From Candidatus Methylomirabilota bacterium (GTDB lineage Bacteria > Methylomirabilota > Methylomirabilia > Rokubacteriales > CSP1-6): a stretch of 12,078 bases of DNA. Under the pieces are notes generated by a model. The model was not told the origin of the DNA. It did no database searches and worked only from the letters and a program-made list of their open reading frames with translations. Positions within the stretch are counted from its first letter, which is position 1, and every line of letters begins with the position of its first letter. The position numbers were made by a program, and so were the translations under genes. Positions 1 through 6,409 of this stretch are shown here, piece after piece. Location of the stretch: NCBI GenBank assembly GCA_046726415.1, contig JBKPAK010000318.1:1-12078 (forward strand). Reading direction: 5' to 3'.

Positions 1-542
1 TCCTCGGCGGTCGAGACGGAACCGACGCCGAGGAGTCCACCACTGGCCTTGGCAATCGCCCGGGCGCGCTCCACCAGCCCGGTCCGGAGCGCCGTCACCT
101 GCTCGTCGGTCAGTTGCTCGCACATGCCCTGAATCAGGTGGGTCCAGGCGGTGAGGAGTTTCGGCTCGGGCTTGTGATCGAGCCAGCTCCGCAGCAGATC
201 GTGATCGATTGCGCCTGGGGCGATGCCGGACTTCTCCGCGCGGTCGAGAATTGCCCGCTTCTCTCTCGCGTCGAGCGTCCCGTCCGCCCACGCGACCTCC
301 ACGAGCGGAACCACCGAGAGGGCGCCGATGACCTCTGGCCGGATGCCGAGGTTGAGCAGCGCGTCGAGGATGGCCTGTTTCGAAATTCCCGACGCCGTGG
401 CGAGTGCCTCCCGCGATGTCTCTCTGTGCTTCAGCTCGCGGAGCCGCTGCGTCAATCGCTCATCCTCGCGGCGGAAGAATTCATCCTCGAGCGTGCGGAC
501 TCGATCACCCAGGATCTGCTTGCCGTGCTCGCTATCGGACAT
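1..542 (-). CDS. Conserved hypothetical protein, TerB-like helical domain; runs off the left edge
   Basis: Not in the ORF track. ATG at 542 with GAGGAG upstream; open to base 1: MSDSEHGKQILGDRVRTLEDEFFRREDERLTQRLRELK...LSVVPLVEVAWADGTLDAREKRAIL...ARAIAKASGGLLGVGSVSTAE. VAWADG-x3-x-E and A-x-ASGG-LG...S-x-x-E resemble TerB-like motifs. Confidence 0.75.
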   Translation of the reverse strand, partial: MSDSEHGKQILGDRVRTLEDEFFRREDERLTQRLRELKHRETSREALATASGISKQAILDALLNLGIRPEVIGALSVVPLVEVAWADGTLDAREKRAILDRAEKSGIAPGAIDHDLLRSWLDHKPEPKLLTAWTHLIQGMCEQLTDEQVTALRTGLVERARAIAKASGGLLGVGSVSTAE

Positions 543-661
543 GAGGGACCCTCCTCGCGAACTGGTTTGATGATATCAGGCAACTTCCGCGCCGGACTTC
601 CACGACCGGGTCCTCGCTCCGCCGGGAGACTAGCTCCGGACGCCGTCCCGCGGAAGCGGCA

Positions 662-670
662 TGCTATCTT
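662..670 (+). promoter_or_regulatory. Possible extended -10 element (TGcTATCTT) upstream of the DUF411 gene
   Basis: TG-n-TATCTT about 100 nt upstream of ATG 772 in a GC-rich intergenic region; no clear -35. Confidence 0.25.
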
Positions 671-771
671 CGGTGCTATGAGCCGCTCCCCAGCCGGGCC
701 GAACTCCGGTACTCAGGAGGGCGTGCTCGGCGAGAGCGTTTCGCGGTTTGCGGCATCTTGAGGAGAACCTC

Positions 772-1233
772 ATGCAACTACCGAGACGAGACGTCCTGAC
801 CGGGAGTCTGATTCTGGCGATGGCTGCGACCGCCGGGCGTCACGCGGCGGCAGCGTCGAAGCCAGCCATCACCGTCCAGAAGTCCCCGACCTGAGACTGC
901 TGCGCCGCGTGGGTCGGGCACCTGCGCGCACACGGCTATCCCGTGAACCCCGAGGACGTACCTGATCTCGCGCCGATCAAGCAGAAGCTGGGGGTGCCGC
1001 GAGCCCTCCACAGTTGTCACACCGCACAGGTCGAGGGGTACGTCATCGAGGGCCACGTTCCTGCCGACCTGATCGACCGCCTCCTCCGCGAGCGCCCCGC
1101 GGTCGCTGGCCTCGCCGTACCGGGGATGCCTGTTGGTTCCCCAGGCATGGAGGTGCCGGGCCAGAGCCCCGCGCGCTACCAGATCCTGGCCTTCGACCGA
1201 TCCGGACGCACCACTGTCTACGCGACGCGCTGA
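772..1233 (+). CDS. DUF411 / CopG-type periplasmic metal-binding protein with Tat signal; in-frame TGA at codon 41, probably selenocysteine (153 aa if read through)
   Basis: RBS GAGGAG at 760-765, ATG 772. MQLPRRDVLTGSLILAMAATAGRHAAAASKPAITVQKSPT-[TGA 892-894]-DCCAAWVGHLRAHGY continues in frame into track ORF 943..1233 with SCHTA, GYVIEGHVPA and GLAVPGMPVGSPGME, the DUF411 signature motifs. The family normally has KSPxCGCC here. Confidence 0.85.
901..930 (+). promoter_or_regulatory. Putative bacterial SECIS element
   Basis: TGCGC(901-905)/GCGCA(926-930), GC(907-908)/GC(924-925) and GTG(909-911)/CAC(919-921) close a GGTCGGG loop (912-918) that starts 17 nt after the TGA. Folded by eye. Confidence 0.55.
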
Positions 1234-1441
1234 CCGTCACGCCCACAGTCCCACGCGGCTCGGTGGTCACGGGATCGAGAGCAGAGCCACTGATGAAGAT
1301 GGAGACGGCGCGCGTCGAACGGAACAGCGCGAGCGCCGACGGAGCCATCTCGTTCTCCCAGTGATGCGTTGGTCTGACGCTCGGACGATAGCGTAGGCTA
1401 TCGCCCGGTTCCCCCTTCGACCACGCCCCCTCGGAGTGCGC

Positions 1442-1924
1442 CTACGCCGGAGCCTTCGGCCGCCTCCTCATCCCTGGCTGCCGCTCTGACCCCGCCGACG
1501 CGGTGAGCGCGAGGCCACCGCGGTAGAGAGCGTCGATCAGCGCACAGCGCGCACTCCGACCGCCGGCGCACCGGGCCACGGTCTCCGCCAGAGCGCGCTC
1601 CATCGCCTGCAAGTCTGCGATCTTGGCGCGGACGTCGGCGAGGTGCGCCGCGGCTAGGACGAGGACCTCGGCGCAGGGACGGCGGCGATGATCGGCGAGG
1701 TGGAGGAGCCTCCGGACCTCATCGATCGAGAATCCCAGAGTGCGAGCTCGACGGACGAAGGTGAGCCGCTTGAGGTGTTCATCCCCATACAGCCGGTAGC
1801 CGCCGGCACTGCGGGCCGGGAAGGGGAGGAGCCCGATGCGCTCGTAATACCGGATGGTCTCGACGTTGGACCCGGTGCGCTTCGACAGGGCCCCGATGGC
1901 GACTCGAGCAGACGCCGTATCCAT
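1442..1924 (-). CDS. MerR-family metal-responsive transcriptional regulator (divalent-cation type, MerR/CadR/PbrR/ZntR-like)
   Basis: HTH IGALSKRTGSNVETIRYYERIGLL...GGYRLY, RARTLGFSIDEVRRLL; Cys84, Cys119 and Cys127. CueR-type monovalent sensors have Ser at the Cys84 position. Confidence 0.93.
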   Translation of the reverse strand: MDTASARVAIGALSKRTGSNVETIRYYERIGLLPFPARSAGGYRLYGDEHLKRLTFVRRARTLGFSIDEVRRLLHLADHRRRPCAEVLVLAAAHLADVRAKIADLQAMERALAETVARCAGGRSARCALIDALYRGGLALTASAGSERQPGMRRRPKAPA

Positions 1925-1951
1925 GCCACCTCCCGGGGGCTGAGAATTCGC

Positions 1952-1982
1952 TTGAGTCTGTAGTTACTACAGGCTTTACCGT
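1952..1982 (+). promoter_or_regulatory. MerR-type promoter/operator
   Basis: -35 TTGAGT (1952-1957), 19-bp spacer containing the perfect dyad CTGTAGT-T-ACTACAG (1958-1972), -10 TACCGT (1977-1982); divergent from the MerR gene. Confidence 0.88.
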
Positions 1983-2024
1983 CGCGCCACGGGAGGTGAA
2001 GCGGCGCCCCCGGGAGGTCAGACC

Positions 2025-2069
2025 ATGCAAGTCGAGATCAAGACGACCCGGAGGTCGCTCGCCCTCTGA
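2025..2069 (+). other. 14-codon ORF MQVEIKTTRRSLAL*, possible stub of the lost MerR target gene or a leader peptide
   Basis: Strong RBS GGAGGT (2013-2018) 6 nt before ATG 2025, first start downstream of the MerR promoter; TGA at 2067-2069. Confidence 0.3.
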
Positions 2070-2345
2070 GAGACGCTTCGAGTGCGACCGATCGCGGTCC
2101 AGCGTGCTGTCCAAGAGGGCGAGCATATGAGACGATGCAGGACATACCGTGGCGGCCGTTTTTCGCGGGTGCTGCCACTCCGCCAGCCTGGTGACCAGGC
2201 GACGGCGGAGCGCCGAGGACAGTGACGACCTCCGGACCGTCCAGAGGTTCTCGTCCACCGGACGTCAGCACTACCATGACCTACGCACAGATCCTCGAAC
2301 CGGGACGATCGCGAAATGAGGTATAGGGCCGTCAGTAAATCAAGC

Positions 2346-2954
2346 ATGAAACTCACTATCCGCCCACTCACGCCCGATCTGTGGCCCGCGCTCGAAAACC
2401 TGTTCGGCGAGAACGGTGCGTGCAGCGGCTGCTGGTGCATGTATTGGCGGATCGGCAGTGCCTATTACAAGAGGCCGCGCGAGCAAAACAGAGCGGCGTT
2501 TCGAAAGGTCGTGAGGCGCGGTCCGCCACCGGGCTTGCTCGCCTTCGCGGGCGAGGTGGCCGTGGGCTGGTGCCAGCTTACGCCTCGGGATGCTCTGCCA
2601 TGGCTCGATCGCGTGTGGCGGCTCAAGCGCGCGGACGGGGTGCCGGTCTGGTCGCTCTCCTGCTTCTATGTGCGCAAGGGCTATCGCAGGCGGGGGGTCA
2701 CGTCCGCGCTGATTGCTGCGGCGTTGAAAGCGGCAAAGCGCGTCAAAGCCCCCGCGCTCGAAGCCTATCCTCTTGATGCGGATTTGACACCGAGCGCTTC
2801 GGGCACCGGCTATGCCTCGACCTTCGCGCGCGCCGGATTCAAGACGGTGGCCCGCCGCGTGGCGCCTCGCCCGATCATGCGCCACGACCTCAAGGCGATA
2901 TCGCGATGCGCCTCGATCACCCCGGGCTCGAAACAAGAAGGCCGGACAAGCTAA
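2346..2954 (+). CDS. GNAT family N-acetyltransferase with N-terminal CxxCxC motif
   Basis: MKLTIRPLTPDLWPALENLFG...CSGCWCMYWR; acetyl-CoA motif A CFYVRKGYRRRGVTSALI; EAYP; FARAGF. ATG 2346 preferred over 2316 because MKLTIRPLT is a typical GNAT start. Confidence 0.88.
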   Translation: MKLTIRPLTPDLWPALENLFGENGACSGCWCMYWRIGSAYYKRPREQNRAAFRKVVRRGPPPGLLAFAGEVAVGWCQLTPRDALPWLDRVWRLKRADGVPVWSLSCFYVRKGYRRRGVTSALIAAALKAAKRVKAPALEAYPLDADLTPSASGTGYASTFARAGFKTVARRVAPRPIMRHDLKAISRCASITPGSKQEGRTS

Positions 2955-2997
2955 TGGAGCGGACGCCCGACAGCGCCGCTCATTGGCAGCGTTATGT
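2941..2997 (+). mobile_element. Degenerate attC-like integron recombination site 1 (57 bp)
   Basis: R'' GCCGGAC (2941-2947, AAC changed to GAC), 5-nt spacer, L'' AATGGAGC, L' GCTCATT (2978-2984), 6-nt spacer, R' GTTATGT (2991-2997). Arms GCTAATG[G]AGCGG[A]CGC / GCGCCGCTCATTGGC pair with two extrahelical bases. Overlaps the GNAT stop. Confidence 0.65.
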
Positions 2998-3172
2998 GCC
3001 CGGCGGCGAGATTATGAGTTTCGACCCGGGTGCATGCAGCAGCTCGTGGGGATAGCATTTCCCATCCCCTTACCGCGATGGACCTACCCGTCGAGCTGGT
3101 TCGCGTCATGCGTGAGCTGATCGCGAAGCGGCGTGCTGGCTGAGGAGCTTTCCAGAACCCTGGAGAAGCATC

Positions 3173-3442
3173 ATGGATGAGGACCTCGACCGGATGTCCC
3201 GTGAGCAACTCATCGATGAGGTCAAGAAGCTGCGGCAAGGCTTTCGTGAGCACCGGGACAGCACGCGTCATGAGCTCTGTTGGCACCATCCGGCGCTCTG
3301 GGGCCTCTTGCCAGAGAAGACTGATCCGGTTCCCGAGGTGCCGGACCGGCCGCAGTTCCTGCAGGGCTGCGTGAGGTATCGCCAGTCGCTTGATGAACAA
3401 GCGCCCGGCGCTCCGCGAACGCGGGAGCCCTACGGACCGTAG
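3173..3442 (+). CDS. Small hypothetical protein (89 aa), His/Cys motif HRD...HELCWHHP...FLQGC
   Basis: GGAG RBS at 3162-3165, ATG 3173, protein-like composition with an N-terminal coiled-coil-like helix; stop TAG overlaps the R'' box of attC-like site 2. Confidence 0.75.
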   Translation: MDEDLDRMSREQLIDEVKKLRQGFREHRDSTRHELCWHHPALWGLLPEKTDPVPEVPDRPQFLQGCVRYRQSLDEQAPGAPRTREPYGP

Positions 3443-3520
3443 AACGACGCGTTCGAGCGGACACATCAGCAAGCGCGTACCGAGGATGGAGTGGCGCGCC
3501 GCTCGACGCGGGCATTGGCC
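3439..3520 (+). mobile_element. Degenerate attC-like integron recombination site 2 (82 bp)
   Basis: R'' GTAGAAC (3439-3445), 5-nt spacer, L'' GTTCGAGC (3451-3458), L' GCTCGAC (3501-3507), 6-nt spacer, R' ATTGGCC (3514-3520, GTT changed to ATT). CGCGTTCGAGCGG pairs with CCGCTCGACGCG leaving one bulged base. Confidence 0.6.
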
Positions 3521-3582
3521 GGCGCGCTTCGGCGCCCGGTCGGCGTGTTGCTCGTGTCGCGGCGCGTGCTAATGTTCGGGGC

Positions 3583-4041
3583 GTGAGCTCGACCCGCATC
3601 AGTCGCCGCGTGAACGCGCCGCGGGCGATCGTGTATCGCGCGCTTCTCGATGCGCGCGTGGTCGCGAGGTGGAGGGTGCCGACCGGCATGACCAGCCATG
3701 TACATACGTTCGACGCCCGCGAAGGTGGCTCGTTCCGGATCTCGCTCACGTACGACGAGCCGACCGGGACCGGCAAGACGAGCACACACACCGACACGTA
3801 CCACGGCCGCTTTGTGAAGCTCGTGCCGAACGAGCAGGTTGTCGAAGTGGTCGAGTTCGAGACGACCGATCCCGCGCTGCGCGGCGAGATGACGATCACC
3901 ACCACGCTCGTCGATGCAGACGGCGGCACCGATATCCTCGCCGTCCACGACGGCCTACCGCGCGGCGTGCCGACCGCCGACAACGAGGCCGGCTGGCGGG
4001 AGGCACTTGCCAAACTCGCGGCGCTCGTCGAGGCGGGCTAG
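3583..4041 (+). CDS. SRPBCC / AHSA1-like (START-fold) ligand-binding protein
   Basis: GTG start; ISRRVNAPRAIVYRALLD...W..P, FDAREGGSFRISL, YHGRFVKLVPNEQVV, GWREALAKLAALVE. Confidence 0.9.
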   Translation: MSSTRISRRVNAPRAIVYRALLDARVVARWRVPTGMTSHVHTFDAREGGSFRISLTYDEPTGTGKTSTHTDTYHGRFVKLVPNEQVVEVVEFETTDPALRGEMTITTTLVDADGGTDILAVHDGLPRGVPTADNEAGWREALAKLAALVEAG

Positions 4042-4458
4042 AACACGCGCGCCCTCGCTCGCCATCCGGGGCTCAACTCGCTCGCACACATGAAGCAAAG
4101 TACTTGGGGGTATGACCAATGAACAAAAATGATGCCTGGACTCATGGATGTCGCAAGGCTCGGCGGCTCGAACTCGTGTGTCGTTGGCGGCCTCGCGGCT
4201 ACCAACGGGGCTTCGATTGCAGGCCAGAACGCGCTCGCCCGATCGTTACGCGGCGGTGGCAGTCTCGAGGCTCCTTGGCGTCTGGCGCGGGATAGGCCAT
4301 CCGTATCGCGCCAGTTCAGCCCAACCCTCTCCGTTTCTCCTCGAGCATCCCCGGTTATGCAGTACACGACAGATAGGGCGAATCCCCTTGCCTTGTGGAA
4401 ACGTCTCCTAGGCTGAGGGACCAATCGGAGATTTGTTCGTGGAAGGAGCGTCGTCGTC

Positions 4459-5318
4459 ATGGCGTATCAACGAACGACCAGGACCCTGGCCGCGCAGGAT
4501 TCGAGGAGAAGGTCGCCGGGTTGTCTCGCCTCAACCTGGTCCAGCAGGGCGGTGAACTCGCCTACCTGCTGCGGCACGACCCGGAGTACCGGTGTGTCCG
4601 GAAGGAGCACCTGATCGAGGTGGGCCGCCGCATCAGGCTCAAGCGGAACATCCTGCTCCTGACCGAGGTTGTCGAGCGCGGAATCGAGGGCCATCGCTTC
4701 GACTTCTATGTGATCTCGGCCGCGCCCGAGGAGATCGTCGCGTCCGCGTTGCGGGGCATCGTTGCGCCCGATCACATCATCGGCACTCGCTTTCGCTACG
4801 ACTGGCAGTCGGGCGAGATCGACTCGATTGTCCGTGTGACCGCCGGATTCGGCAAGGTCGCCGCGCTCGAGGAGTTGCAGCGGGAGCTCGGGGTCCCGAG
4901 CGACCGCGTCGTGTATGTGGGCGATGGCAGCTCGGACGTCCACGTCATGCTCGACGTGAACCACCGGGGCGGCCTCACCATTGCCGTGTCGGAGGCCAAG
5001 TACATCGCCCAGATCGCGAAGCGGGCGATCATGAGCGAGAACGCCCTCAGCCTCCTCGTGCCGATCCTCGAGGAGATCATCGGCTATGAGCCGAGCCGGA
5101 TTCGCGCCCTGCTGGAAGAGTGGGGTGTCCTGATTCAGGAGTGGGACAAAGTGCGGACGGACTGGCTGGTGTTTCGCGAGAGTGCCACCATCCGCCACCG
5201 ACCGCCCCTGCCCGGCTCGGGTCACCGTGAGCCCATTCTCGGGGTGATCGAACCGGTGGACCTCTCTACCTCCGCCGAGCGGCCCGGTTCGGTCGATGGG
5301 CAAGCGTGGCACCGCTGA
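4459..5318 (+). pseudogene. HAD-superfamily hydrolase (phosphoserine-phosphatase-like), 5' end disrupted
   Basis: Motif II (VISAA), motif III Lys (GFGK) and motif IV (YVGDGSSD) are present, but there is no DxDxT motif I. The ATG with a good RBS (AAGGAG 4443-4448, ATG 4459) is out of frame with the HAD body, which begins near GFEEKVAG at about 4498. Confidence 0.7.
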
Positions 5319-5448
5319 TGTCGGGCGTGGAGGTCCGCCGCACGCCCCGGCCAACGAGGCGTGGCGCCAGCCCTTGACGTGAATGGACGACGTGGCGGTG
5401 CGTGAAACCATTGAGCCTGTCGGAGACTCCCAAGAATGGGAGGAAGCC

Positions 5449-6039
5449 ATGACCACGAAGAACGAACGCCCCATCGTGATCGAGCGCGCCCGTCTTTCGG
5501 CCGTTCAGCAGGCCAAGGAACTCCAGCACTACGGGACGGTGGCGAGGGTGCCCATCGCCCTCGACGCCGCGGTCTGCGCGGCCAGTGTCGAGAATCTCAA
5601 TCAGCTCCTGGCCGATACCATGACCGTGCGGGACCTGTACAAGAAGCACCACTGGCAGGTCAGTGGTCCGACGTTTTATCAGCTCCATCTGCTCTTCGAC
5701 AAGCACTTCAAGGAGCAGAGCGAGCTGGTCGATTCCATCGCGGAGCGGATCCAGTCGCTGGGTGGCGTGAGCATCGCCATGCCCCATGACGTGGCGGAGA
5801 CGACCCTGATCCCGCGCCCACCACGCGGTCGCGAGGATGTTCCGGCCCAGCTCTCAAGACTGCTTCATGCCCAGGAGATCGTCCTGAAGGAAGCCCGCGC
5901 GATGGCACGCCAGGCGGCGGAGGCAGGCGATGACGGCACCAACGACCTGCTGGTCTCGGTTGTGATACGGACCAACGAGATGCAGGTGTGGTTCGTCGGG
6001 GAGCACCTCGTCAACACACCGCTCGTCAGGCACGAGTAG
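5449..6039 (+). CDS. dps: Dps family DNA starvation/stationary-phase protection protein (mini-ferritin)
   Basis: GGAGG RBS then ATG 5449; KKHHWQVSGPTFYQLHLLFDKH and LVDSIAERIQSLGG ferroxidase signatures; GDDGTNDLL. Confidence 0.93.
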   Translation: MTTKNERPIVIERARLSAVQQAKELQHYGTVARVPIALDAAVCAASVENLNQLLADTMTVRDLYKKHHWQVSGPTFYQLHLLFDKHFKEQSELVDSIAERIQSLGGVSIAMPHDVAETTLIPRPPRGREDVPAQLSRLLHAQEIVLKEARAMARQAAEAGDDGTNDLLVSVVIRTNEMQVWFVGEHLVNTPLVRHE

Positions 6040-6148
6040 GGCGGGGAGAGGACCGACCCTCCGAGAGTTGCGGTGTGAAGCGCCAGCTCCCCGACGAGGC
6101 GATTGCTTCTCCACCAGTGGGAACGCATGGCAGGTCAGGAGCATGTGA

Positions 6149-6325
6149 CGCCCGCTGTGGTTCGCCACCGTCCAGGCCATGTCGGGCGTGACGATCGAGG
6201 TGGGCGAGCGCACGCCGAAGGCGAAGCTGACGGTCCTGCATGGAGGCCCGGAAGGGGACCGTCTGTACGCCCTGCTTGTAGACTACTGGCCCGGGAACTT
6301 CCTCACCTTCCGGGGCCGAAGCTGA
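6149..6325 (+). pseudogene. Fragment of a Ddn-like (F420-dependent nitroreductase family) gene, C-terminal half
   Basis: RPLWFATVQAMSGVTIEVGERTPKAKLTVLHGGPEGDRLYALLVDYWP resembles the family pattern PxWxxNLxANPxVxIEVG...ERxRLW...xxP, also seen in the intact copy at 8403-8840. Preceded by TGA; no N-terminal half. Confidence 0.45.
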
Positions 6326-6409
6326 TGAGCGCTAGTTCTACATGCCCGGCCGGACACCAGTCGCTGATGATCGGACGCCCCGCGCCGGTTCTGTAAGGAG
6401 GCTTCGACC

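Noticed and set aside
567..579. FNR/CRP-like box TTGAT-gat-ATCAG
   Set aside because: Spacer is 3 nt, not the 4 nt FNR needs, and the right half is imperfect.
114..761. 215-aa plus-strand ORF, and similar overlapping ORFs such as 4467-5474, 7047-7790 and 8058-8831
   Set aside because: Shadows of better-supported genes on the opposite strand; no motifs.
943..1233. Track ORF starting at GTG 943 as a stand-alone gene
   Set aside because: No RBS, and it lacks the signal peptide and CxCC motif, which lie in frame upstream.
2025..2225. Second Sec read-through at TGA 2067 (hairpin GACCG-ATCG-CGGTC at 2086-2099)
   Set aside because: The TGA is not in a Cys-type motif, the loop lacks an early G, and the 66-aa read-through product is Arg-rich and resembles nothing I recognise.
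3018..3143. Short frame ending MDLPVELVRVMRELIAKRRAG*, possibly the tail of a lost gene
   Set aside because: Too short to assign a family and no convincing RBS.
6143..6148. ATG-TGA after AGGAG as a Sec or minigene signal
   Set aside because: RBS spacing is only 1 nt and there is no Cys-motif context; better explained as debris of the Ddn-like relic.
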